Shown: piece by piece, positions 9,726-20,740 of the stretch
Layout of the letters: every line of letters starts with the position of its first letter
Position numbering within the stretch: position 1 is the first letter of the stretch
Source of the DNA: Candidatus Altimarinota bacterium
GTDB taxonomy: Bacteria > Patescibacteriota > Gracilibacteria > CAIRYL01
DNA length: 64,000 nt
Direction: 5' to 3'
Assembly (NCBI GenBank): GCA_965250085.1
Contig: OZ252287.1
Location: forward strand, 480,001 to 544,000
Program-made: the position numbers and the translations under genes
Notes under the pieces: model-generated
The model's input: only the letters and a program-made list of their open reading frames with translations
Told to the model about the DNA's origin: nothing
The model's database searches: none

Positions 9726-10358
9726 TCAATCCTCATTTCTTAATTCTTCCTGTTTGTGTTTATGATGAGCTGCTGCTGCCCGAAATTTTGCTAAAATATC
9801 ATATGCGAGTTGGGCAATTTCATGTCTGTCTTCTACCTCTTCTCCAACAGAAAGATATTTATAAACATGGTGCGCTTTCAACATTTCTGTATTAAATTTT
9901 CCATCTTTCACAAGTATCCGATCTGCATTTGGTTCCCACGTGTACTTTGCCCCAGAAAAACGCTCAAGCCAGGCATTTTGTTCTTTTGCTTTCAGTCCGT
10001 ACTCCTGGAGTACAGCTTGATCAAAAACTAATGCATAGACCGTTCTTTTGTGAATATCTATACGTATCATAGATATATCAAATCCAGCATTTTCAATCAG
10101 AGTCTCTTGGTCTTCACTGAGTACTCTGGAGAACCAAAATCTATAAAAATCTTCTTCATCATTCAACAACTCTTTATCAATATGTGGTCTATAGAACTTG
10201 ATCCGATATAAGAGATTTTCTGTTGGAAAATAAAATCGAATATCTTGATGTGTAATGCTTTCCGGATCACTGTTGTAGTGAAGAGATGTTTGTTCAATCG
10301 CTACTTGCATATCAGGATCGAATGGTAAGTTCTCCGCAAATCGAACAATATCGACCAT
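9726..10358 (-). CDS. Hypothetical protein
   Basis: 210-aa ORF with ordinary composition filling the interval. Confidence 0.65.
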   Translation of the reverse strand: MVDIVRFAENLPFDPDMQVAIEQTSLHYNSDPESITHQDIRFYFPTENLLYRIKFYRPHIDKELLNDEEDFYRFWFSRVLSEDQETLIENAGFDISMIRIDIHKRTVYALVFDQAVLQEYGLKAKEQNAWLERFSGAKYTWEPNADRILVKDGKFNTEMLKAHHVYKYLSVGEEVEDRHEIAQLAYDILAKFRAAAAHHKHKQEELRNED

Positions 10359-10480
10359 AAAAACATGTTGTTATAAAATAAGAATGGTGTTGTCCATTCT
10401 CCCTTCGTTTTGAGTAAAGTATATATGTTATTTTTACAACTTTCCATTTTCACTTTTTCCTTCCTTGTGGCATACTCCTT

Positions 10481-13400
10481 GTGCAAATTTTTGATACAAG
10501 CTATTTGACTCAACACTTCTCCAAATTTTTTGCGCTGATTGCTCTGTGTATAGCACTCCTCACCCCTGCCGAATATACATACGCTCTCACCCATGAGAGG
10601 AGTACATGGAATACCATATTTTCTTTGGAACAACAAAACACCTGGATTTCCCTTCCTCAGGAAGTCACGGCTTTTGCAGTGCAAGTACCAAATGGCGCTG
10701 ATTTCTTTGTGCAGGCAGAAGGAGAATTGTGGCAACACATCGAAATCGAAACAGAAGATCCGGACCTCATGCTGATTCCAGAAGTGCCAGATTTTGCCCA
10801 TGAAGAAGATCAGTGGTCAGAAGTTATTTTCTTCGAAGCTCCCATCCAGGGATTTCGCTTCCGTGTAGAATCAGAAGTTCTAAAAAATAATTATCTCCCA
10901 GCTCCTAACTCCCAACTCCCAACTCATATCGAATTTTCTTTCTTCGACACACGAGTAGAGAGAGGAAACGGAGAAGTTTCTGTCTCATCTGCACCACTTG
11001 CATCCAGTAGCTTTCCTATTATCAGCAGATCCGCATGGGGCGCAGACGAATCGCTTCGGTATACCAATGGAAGCGAGACTTCTACAGCTTCCGATCGAGA
11101 TCCAACCGCTTCAGTGATTGGAACCCAGAGGGTTCAGGGATGCAACGACCTGAATGAAACCTATCCAGATGAATTCGAAATAAATGAAGTCGTGTATAGA
11201 GAAAACGGGAAAGATCTTCGCTGGCCCCTCCAGTATTCTACAAAAATTGATAAAGTAGTGGTGCATCATACCGCAGGAGAAAATCACTTGGAAAGAAGCC
11301 CAAAAGAAGTCATGCGGGCGGTCTATGCCTATCATGCCAATTCTCGTGGATGGGGAGATATTGGGTACAACTTCGTGATTGATGGCAATGGAAATATCTA
11401 TGAAGGACGTGCTGGAGGTGACTATGTAGTGGGTGGGCATGTGTATTGTTCTAACGTCCACACCATTGGCGTCGCGCTTATGGGAAATTTTCAAAATGCC
11501 TCACCTACTGGGAAACAAATAGAGGCACTCCAGAAGTTACTGCCAGAGCTGGCTGATACCTATGGACTTGATCTTTCGGGAGACAGTGTCTTTCATGGCA
11601 TGAATCTGCCCAATTTACTCGGACATAAAGACCTCGGTCAAACCGCTTGTCCGGGAGAAAATATGTACGAATTGCTGGGAACTCTCAGGCGATCACTGAG
11701 AGGAAATGAGGTGATCCAAAAACTCAGATCTATTGAACGAACAGCAGAATTTGTGGGATCTGTTGAATTTTTGCGCCTCAAACCCGGAGAAGAGCAAAAG
11801 CTGCAATTTCAATTTAAAAACACCGGAAATACTACATGGCGAAGTGGAACTTGGCTCTATGTGGTACAACCAAAAACAGGAGTATCTACCAGACCACAAA
11901 AAGGGAAAAAATATATTGCTGGCCTTTTGAAAGAATCAAGTGTTCCCCCCGGATCAACGGCCACATTTGAAGCCACCATCCGTGGAGGATTTGAAGGTGG
12001 TATTTATTCACTGGAATTTACTCCAGTAGTAGAACAATACAAAATCTCTCAGGCCGCGGTGGTACAACCAGTGGAAATCATTCCTCCCGATTGGGGAGCT
12101 TTCTTGCGACCCATAAAAACTCAGCCGGAGGTTCCTCGGGCAGGTGAACGTATCTCATTCCTCGTGCCGATCAAAAATATTGGAGATACCAAATGGACGA
12201 GAGATCATATCAGTCTGCAGCTGAGTGCCAACGGAAAGCGATATACCAGTCCTCTCAATGAAACAGGAGTTTTTCCCAACACAGAAGGAAGCTTTTCTTT
12301 TTCTCTTGACCCTTTTTCGGTAAAAAAGAAATATCTTCTCAGGGCGCAGATCCTTGTGAATGGGGGCAAAATGCCAGGAATTCGTACATTTATTATCCCT
12401 CTGATCATTGGAGATGCTGAATACAAATATCGCCTTCTTTCCGAACGTATTGTCAAAACAGCAGTCAATGAACACGGAGAAAGTTCTACCCAGGTGAGAG
12501 TAATGAACACAGGAAACATCTCCTGGCATCAGAATCAAACGAAATTGATTGTTTTAGGGAATGGACAACGCCTTGCTTTTGCCCTGGAAGAAATAACCGT
12601 CTATCCAGGAGAGATCGGAACATTTATAGCAAAAGTGATCCCGCCCAAACGCGGGCTTTTACGATATTCGTTTTGGCTGCAAACAGGTCCGCGTAAAATA
12701 TTTGGAACCCGGGGTCGATGGATTGTCAGAAGCAATGCCCTCACACTCCCCTCTCAAACGGTGACGCAAGCTTCATCGGTAATTCCCGCTAGCAATGAAG
12801 GTGATATTCGTATGCGGTTGGGGTATCAGAACGAATTTGCAGATATTTCTTCCTCTTTTGATGTCGATATCATTGCTGATGGAAAAAAAATAGGAGAAGG
12901 ACAGCAGAATGGACTTCTCAAGTTTCAAAAGTCAGAAGGCCGTATTGCATTTAATGACACGAACTATACCTCCGTCCGACTCGTCCCGCAAAATCAGAGA
13001 AATATTCTGACTCTTGCTTCCTGGGACAGGCGACCAGCATGGGATACCAGTGACACCTACAATGACAATATGTTTCGGGGAGCTTTGGAACTGCGCGTCT
13101 ATAACGATGAAATGGTGCTTATTAACGAACTTCCGCTCAGTGAATATTTGAAAGGTATTGCAGAAGTATCCAATGATGCTCCTCGAGAAAAGCAGAAAGC
13201 CATGGCGATCCTGGCACGGACATACGCCCGGTTTTATATGAGCTCTGAAAACAGAAAATATCCGGGAGCTCCGTATGACGGTGATGATTCTCCTGCCAGT
13301 TTCCAGAAATACTTGGGATATAGTTATGAACTCAGATCGCCAAATTTTGCCCAAGCCGTACGAGATACCGAAGGGCTGGTAGTGACCTATCAGGGGAATG

Positions 13401-13642
13401 TGATCAAGACCCCATACTTTAGCCAAAGCGATGGCAGGACCAGGAGTGCAGAGGAGGTCTGGGGATGGACCCATACTCCCTATCTCCAGAGTGTGGAAGA
13501 TCCATTCTCTGCAGGACTGGAATTACAAGGACATGGAGTGGGACTTTCCGGAAAAGGTGCTGAAGAAGCGGCAAAGAGAGGAAAGACGTATGAAGAGATT
13601 ATCAAGTATTATTATCAAGGAGTAGAGATTAAAAGATTATAA
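10481..13642 (+). CDS. Amidase_2 (PGRP-like) + Ig-like repeats + SpoIID/LytB multidomain cell-wall hydrolase
   Basis: VVVHHTAG, GWGDIGYNF and GHKD..TACPG (amidase); repeated KNTGNTTW-type Ig motifs; YLKGIAE, AILARTYA, GHGVGLS..GA and IIKYYY (SpoIID). Confidence 0.9.
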   Translation: MQIFDTSYLTQHFSKFFALIALCIALLTPAEYTYALTHERSTWNTIFSLEQQNTWISLPQEVTAFAVQVPNGADFFVQAEGELWQHIEIETEDPDLMLIPEVPDFAHEEDQWSEVIFFEAPIQGFRFRVESEVLKNNYLPAPNSQLPTHIEFSFFDTRVERGNGEVSVSSAPLASSSFPIISRSAWGADESLRYTNGSETSTASDRDPTASVIGTQRVQGCNDLNETYPDEFEINEVVYRENGKDLRWPLQYSTKIDKVVVHHTAGENHLERSPKEVMRAVYAYHANSRGWGDIGYNFVIDGNGNIYEGRAGGDYVVGGHVYCSNVHTIGVALMGNFQNASPTGKQIEALQKLLPELADTYGLDLSGDSVFHGMNLPNLLGHKDLGQTACPGENMYELLGTLRRSLRGNEVIQKLRSIERTAEFVGSVEFLRLKPGEEQKLQFQFKNTGNTTWRSGTWLYVVQPKTGVSTRPQKGKKYIAGLLKESSVPPGSTATFEATIRGGFEGGIYSLEFTPVVEQYKISQAAVVQPVEIIPPDWGAFLRPIKTQPEVPRAGERISFLVPIKNIGDTKWTRDHISLQLSANGKRYTSPLNETGVFPNTEGSFSFSLDPFSVKKKYLLRAQILVNGGKMPGIRTFIIPLIIGDAEYKYRLLSERIVKTAVNEHGESSTQVRVMNTGNISWHQNQTKLIVLGNGQRLAFALEEITVYPGEIGTFIAKVIPPKRGLLRYSFWLQTGPRKIFGTRGRWIVRSNALTLPSQTVTQASSVIPASNEGDIRMRLGYQNEFADISSSFDVDIIADGKKIGEGQQNGLLKFQKSEGRIAFNDTNYTSVRLVPQNQRNILTLASWDRRPAWDTSDTYNDNMFRGALELRVYNDEMVLINELPLSEYLKGIAEVSNDAPREKQKAMAILARTYARFYMSSENRKYPGAPYDGDDSPASFQKYLGYSYELRSPNFAQAVRDTEGLVVTYQGNVIKTPYFSQSDGRTRSAEEVWGWTHTPYLQSVEDPFSAGLELQGHGVGLSGKGAEEAAKRGKTYEEIIKYYYQGVEIKRL

Positions 13643-13714
13643 AGATTTTTTACTTTTTGTTTTGTTTTGCAGGTATTTTTAGCTAATATTCCGTTGTATT
13701 CATAAGTTTTTAAT

Positions 13715-13897
13715 ATGTCAAAAGTTCGCACTGGTACTAAAGGCGGAAAATTTCGTAAGAAAAGAACTGACACTAGGATGGGCAGTATTGAAAGAATATA
13801 CGGCAGAGATTTTGGAGTAAGGAGTGACAAGAAGCTTGGCAATTATCTAAAACAAAAAGGATATAAATCACTCAGTGAGCTTTTAAAAAATGACTAA
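13715..13897 (+). CDS. Small basic hypothetical protein
   Basis: 60 aa, Lys/Arg-rich; its stop overlaps the next start (ATGACTAA). Confidence 0.6.
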   Translation: MSKVRTGTKGGKFRKKRTDTRMGSIERIYGRDFGVRSDKKLGNYLKQKGYKSLSELLKND

Positions 13898-14507
13898 GAA
13901 GAAATTCTCTAAATCGATACAATTTGTAGAAATAAACGACTTAAAAGAAAATCGTTTTCTTTTTGTTAAAAATGAGATTTTAAGGGAAAACATTTCAATT
14001 AGCATGCAGTATGTTATCTTTCTTGTTTCCTTAGAAGAAGAATATGAATTGCCAGGTGCAACAACCTATTCAGTTTTTAAGACGATCATATTATATACCG
14101 CTTCAATCATTGAGAGCCTCATTAGTTATAGGCTGAAACAAATGATAAAAAATAATGTTGTTACAAATGATAAAATAATGGGAAAAGAAGAGAAATATCC
14201 AGAAATAAAGGAATTGTATAAAATCTCTAATACTGAAAAAATATGTGGAGTAAAAAAGGTAATCATGAGAAAGAAACTTTCTGATAACACTATGTTTCAG
14301 GAATTGAATAGAGCTGCAAAAAAAGCCGGATTGTTCACATATCCATTATTTGAAAAAGCTGAAAAATTAAAGGAAATAAGAAATAGAATCCATCTTTCAG
14401 GATTAACAGATATTGAGGATAAGTATTCAAAGTCAGATATAATTAAAGTTTTCGAAATAGCAAAAAGCTTGATTGTTAGAATTGAGACTTATAAATCAAA
14501 AAATTAA
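13890..14507 (+). CDS. Hypothetical protein, possible HEPN-like RNase
   Basis: Helical, with ASIIESLI and a C-terminal RNRIH motif; low GC. Confidence 0.55.
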   Translation: MTKKKFSKSIQFVEINDLKENRFLFVKNEILRENISISMQYVIFLVSLEEEYELPGATTYSVFKTIILYTASIIESLISYRLKQMIKNNVVTNDKIMGKEEKYPEIKELYKISNTEKICGVKKVIMRKKLSDNTMFQELNRAAKKAGLFTYPLFEKAEKLKEIRNRIHLSGLTDIEDKYSKSDIIKVFEIAKSLIVRIETYKSKN

Positions 14508-14615
14508 AGTATTATCCAAATTGTGTGAATAACTACCGGCAGAGCCGATGGGGCGCTATTTTTGTTGACAAAAATATAAAAATATGTAAACATCGGCTCC
14601 TTTCAAAATTTTCCC

Positions 14616-15743
14616 ATGAAAATTCTGATCAGTGGTGCCGGTATTGCCGGACTTACCCTTGCGGCGTTTCTCAAGAAACAAGGGCATGATCCCGTGGTGA
14701 TCGAAAAAGCTCCAAAACTTCGAAATATGGGCTTTGGTATTGCCATGTGGGATAAAGGACGCAGAATCTTGGAAAAACTGGGAATTGACGATGCACTTGC
14801 TCAGAAGGGGTACAAGGTGCCTTCGTATGAAATCACCGATATGCAGGGGAAACTCCTCAAAGAAATACGATTTGATGACTATTTTTCCGAATACAAACCC
14901 ATCCTCATTGTCACGAGAAAAGACCTCCATGAACTGGTTGCCCAGTCCGCCAAAGGAGTGAAAATACGATTTGGCACAACTCTTGAAATTATGAAAGAAC
15001 AGGATTCATCAGTAAAAGTAGTATTTTCTGACGGGACTCAAGAAGATTTTGACCTTGTCGTTGGAGCCGATGGAGTGTATTCCAATGTGCGCAAACATAT
15101 GTTTGAAAAAGCCAGACTCCAATCCTATGGATGGACTACCATTATGTTTTGGCTGCCAGAAAAAGTTGAACCTCCCAAAGGAGTGTTTCGAACCTTAGGA
15201 CATGATCGTCAGTTTGCCATCTTTCCTATGAAAGAAAAAAGCGTAGTCACTTGCGATGTGCACCATTCACTCCAAAAAAGTGAGAACAAAACACCTCTGC
15301 AAAACCTTAGAAAATACTTTGCGGACTTTGGAGGCATTGTGAATGAGACAATGAAGCACCTTTCGCAAGCAGATGAAATCTTTGAATGGAATCTCATGAA
15401 AGTCCCCGATTTGAAATGCAGAAAACACAGAGCTGTCCTCATTGGTGATGCTTATCATGCCATCTCTCCCCTTATGGGAATGGGAGCATCACTCGCTCTG
15501 GAAGACTCTTTTGTGCTTTCTGAATGCCTGAAAAAGGAAGGAAGTATTTTTGACGCTTTGAATGAATACGAAAAAAATAGACTTGAATGCCTGAAGACAG
15601 TGCACGCAGAAGATGCCAAGATGTGGCGTTGGTCATATCCACGCACTCATTTTTTCTCTGTACTCAGAAATAAAATTGTTCCTTTTGTTCCCACAGAGTA
15701 TTTTATGGGAAGCATGCAGAGGATTTTGAAGACTTCAGGGTAG
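14616..15743 (+). CDS. FAD-dependent monooxygenase
   Basis: ISGAGIAGL, VGADG and LIGDAYH..P..GMG motifs. Confidence 0.9.
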   Translation: MKILISGAGIAGLTLAAFLKKQGHDPVVIEKAPKLRNMGFGIAMWDKGRRILEKLGIDDALAQKGYKVPSYEITDMQGKLLKEIRFDDYFSEYKPILIVTRKDLHELVAQSAKGVKIRFGTTLEIMKEQDSSVKVVFSDGTQEDFDLVVGADGVYSNVRKHMFEKARLQSYGWTTIMFWLPEKVEPPKGVFRTLGHDRQFAIFPMKEKSVVTCDVHHSLQKSENKTPLQNLRKYFADFGGIVNETMKHLSQADEIFEWNLMKVPDLKCRKHRAVLIGDAYHAISPLMGMGASLALEDSFVLSECLKKEGSIFDALNEYEKNRLECLKTVHAEDAKMWRWSYPRTHFFSVLRNKIVPFVPTEYFMGSMQRILKTSG

Positions 15744-16000
15744 ATATTTTTATAAAAAAGAAATTTTGTTTGTGAATGTAAAATGCAAAATTTTAAATCC
15801 TAATTTTCAAATAACTTATGTATAAAAGTTTTGAGAATATTTTTTAGAGCTTACAACTTAGAATTTATTTTTACACCTGTCCGCCGTGGTGGATTTTACC
15901 TTTAAAATTTAAAATTATCTTTCAACTTTTTCGGCTATTCACTCATGAGCATGAGTAAGTTTTTTATTAAAAACTAGTATGAACTGCAAACTCCTAGCTC

Positions 16001-17332
16001 CTAGCTCCCGACTCCAAGCTCTTTCATCATCTCCACCCGAGCAGAAATAAGTTCTCTTGTCCCGATATCTCTGCGATGAAATACCGGACCAGATACCGCC
16101 TGACACGCTTTTTCGGCATAATATTCTGCATCTACTATTGTATCCGCTACTCCTACAAACCCGATAGCTCGTGATCCACTCAGAATCAACTTACCGTTCT
16201 GCTCATCCACCGAAGCGTAATATACATCTACTTGTTGTGGTATTTCGCCCACAGTAATCTCTTCACCACTGACGGGAGCAGTAGGATATCCTTCTGGTAC
16301 CACATATTTGCATACGGTTGCTTTTTGAGCGAATTGAACTTTTTTTTCTGAAAGATTCCCTTCAATTATTCCCAGACAAATATCCACCAGATCACTTTCT
16401 AAAAGCGAAAGAGCATTCAGTGCTTCTGGATCTCCAAATCGAGAATTAAACTCAATAAGTCGCGTTCCTTCTTTGGTGGCGATAAATCCGCCATACATAA
16501 TACCCTGATATTTTACTCCGCATTCTTTTTCCAGAGCATGCATTACCTGCTCGGTTATTTCAGTTGCTTCATTGATGTGAATGTCATTTAAGAATGGAAG
16601 GTTTTCTGGATACGAATACGTGCCCATACCTCCCGTATTGGGTCCCTCGTCACCCTCAAAAACACGCTTGTGGTCTTGGATGACGGGCATAGAGCGAATA
16701 CAGTTTCCATCAGTAAAGAACATAAGAGAGAACTCTTGTCCCACAAATTTTTCCTCAATAATGAGAGTGCCTCTTTTATGCAGTATTTTTTCTGCGATCA
16801 GGAGTCCTTCTTCAATCGAAGCAAAATGATCTCCAGACACATGGACTCCCTTCCCTCCACAAAGTCCATCATCTTTGATAACAAAATTTCCTCCAAGTTT
16901 TTCACAGAATTCTTTCATTCCATCCATACTAGTAAATATTTGAAATTGTGGATTTCCGGGGATGCTATATTTCTGAAGAAGATTACGAGTAAAGCTTTTG
17001 GAACTTTCGAGCCTTGCGAGAGATGCAAGCGGTCCTACACTTTTAATACCAACTTCGAGTAAGGCATCCGCTGCTCCAGCACCAATAGGATCATCTGGTC
17101 CGAGAAATGCAAAGTCAACACTGTGTAATTTTGCAAAATCTTGCAGCATTTTGAATCCATTTCCTTCTCCAAAGTTTCTTCGTCGACAGATCCCATACTC
17201 TGTTGCCAGAGGCGCAATTCCTGGATTATTCGCATTCGCAAACACAAAGAGCTTCGGATCATGTGATGATCGCTTCAATGCTTCGGCAAGAGAATGTTCA
17301 CGTCCGCCATTCCCAAGGAGTAAAATCTTCAT
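16001..17332 (-). CDS. purD: Phosphoribosylamine--glycine ligase
   Basis: GNGGREH, GPNTGGMG and EFNSRFGDPE motifs. Confidence 0.95.
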   Translation of the reverse strand: MKILLLGNGGREHSLAEALKRSSHDPKLFVFANANNPGIAPLATEYGICRRRNFGEGNGFKMLQDFAKLHSVDFAFLGPDDPIGAGAADALLEVGIKSVGPLASLARLESSKSFTRNLLQKYSIPGNPQFQIFTSMDGMKEFCEKLGGNFVIKDDGLCGGKGVHVSGDHFASIEEGLLIAEKILHKRGTLIIEEKFVGQEFSLMFFTDGNCIRSMPVIQDHKRVFEGDEGPNTGGMGTYSYPENLPFLNDIHINEATEITEQVMHALEKECGVKYQGIMYGGFIATKEGTRLIEFNSRFGDPEALNALSLLESDLVDICLGIIEGNLSEKKVQFAQKATVCKYVVPEGYPTAPVSGEEITVGEIPQQVDVYYASVDEQNGKLILSGSRAIGFVGVADTIVDAEYYAEKACQAVSGPVFHRRDIGTRELISARVEMMKELGVGS

Positions 17333-17382
17333 GTTTGAATAATAAAAACACAGGAAATTGTATCAGAAATAAAAAGGAGCAC

Positions 17383-17411
17383 AAAAAAGGCGTCTTTAGA
17401 GACGCCTTTTT
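17383..17411. terminator. Intrinsic terminator
   Basis: AAAAAAGGCGTCT-TT-AGAGACGCCTTTTT hairpin just downstream of the acidic lipoprotein. Confidence 0.8.
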
Positions 17412-17436
17412 CTGAATACTATATTAAGCTCAAATG

Positions 17437-17769
17437 TTACGATCCTTCAGCTGCTGCTTTGGCTTCTTCTTCGTCAGCAGTAGTGTCGGCTTCAGAATTT
17501 TCTTCTTCAGCAGGAACTTCTTCTTCTGAACCACCTTCTTCTGAACCACCTTCTTCAGATGATTCCTCTTCAGAGCCTGCTTCATCTTCAGTGTCTTCTG
17601 AGTCATCCATATCACTATCATCTTCCATCATACTGTCATCATCATCCATCATGACATCGTCTTCCATTGCTTCATTGTGCATGTCATCATCAGATGAGTC
17701 ATCTTGGACATGTGAGCAGCCGGCAAAAACTATCAGGGAGAGAGCAAAGAGTGCGATAATATTTTTCAT
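17437..17769 (-). CDS. Acidic low-complexity lipoprotein
   Basis: MKNIIALFALSLIVFAGC lipobox followed by a D/E/M-rich tail with EEGGS repeats. Confidence 0.75.
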   Translation of the reverse strand: MKNIIALFALSLIVFAGCSHVQDDSSDDDMHNEAMEDDVMMDDDDSMMEDDSDMDDSEDTEDEAGSEEESSEEGGSEEGGSEEEVPAEEENSEADTTADEEEAKAAAEGS

Positions 17770-17771
17770 AA

Positions 17772-19958
<2,187 letters not shown>

Positions 19959-19981
19959 GGATTTGAGATTATTTTAAAAAT

Positions 19982-20452
19982 CTAAACCATAGCTTTCAGG
20001 AGTTCTGTGAGAGCAAATGCAGTTGCTTTTTGTTGCACTTCTTCTCGATCGCCATCAAATTGCTCATCAAATATTTGGGTCTTATTATTTTTGCAGGAAA
20101 CAGCAAAAATAACCCTGCCGTTTTCAAAGCCCGGTTCAAATTCAGGGCCGGCACAACCAGTGGTTGCTACAGAAACATCAGCAGTGTTTCTCATACGAAT
20201 ATTCTCTGCCATCTGCTCAACAGCTTGGGCAGAATATCCTTCTGTTTTTTCAATTTCACCCGGACTCACTCCCAGTGAGTGAATTTTGGCATCTACATGA
20301 TAAGCAACAATACCACAAATAAACACTTCGGATGATCCAGGTACAGAAGTAAGTGCTGAGGCAATTCGTCCGCCAGTGACACTCTCTGCAACAGCAATTT
20401 TTATTCTTCTCTTTCGAGCTCGTTCAATAATTTTCTGAGCAGTATGATTCAT
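19982..20452 (-). CDS. cinA: CinA/PncC family NMN deamidase
   Basis: AVAESVTGG, PGSS and ATTGCAGP motifs; ATG at 20452 just after the tRNA. Confidence 0.85.
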   Translation of the reverse strand: MNHTAQKIIERARKRRIKIAVAESVTGGRIASALTSVPGSSEVFICGIVAYHVDAKIHSLGVSPGEIEKTEGYSAQAVEQMAENIRMRNTADVSVATTGCAGPEFEPGFENGRVIFAVSCKNNKTQIFDEQFDGDREEVQQKATAFALTELLKAMV

Positions 20453-20460
20453 TGGAGAAT

Positions 20461-20535
<75 letters not shown>

Positions 20536-20577
20536 TCAAAATAATAAATCATGTTATAAAGGTGCTTTTCTCTCTCG

Positions 20578-20632
20578 CGAGGTCCTGCCTCGTGAGCTAT
20601 CCGCCACGGCGGACTCGTACCCCGCGTCAAAA
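20578..20632 (-). pseudogene. Degenerate duplicate of the 5' half of tRNA-fMet with an inserted palindrome
   Basis: TACCCCGCGTCAAAA and GCCTCG.GAGCTA repeat the tRNA 5' part; TCCGCCACGGCGGA sits at the D-loop position. Confidence 0.7.
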
Positions 20633-20740
20633 GCCAGGGAAGCATATCAATCTTCCTTTGAAATTGCAAAAATATTTTATCTCATCACCTTTACTCTTTT
20701 TTGTCTAAGAGTACAATACTTTCAGTGCTTTCAAATCGTT

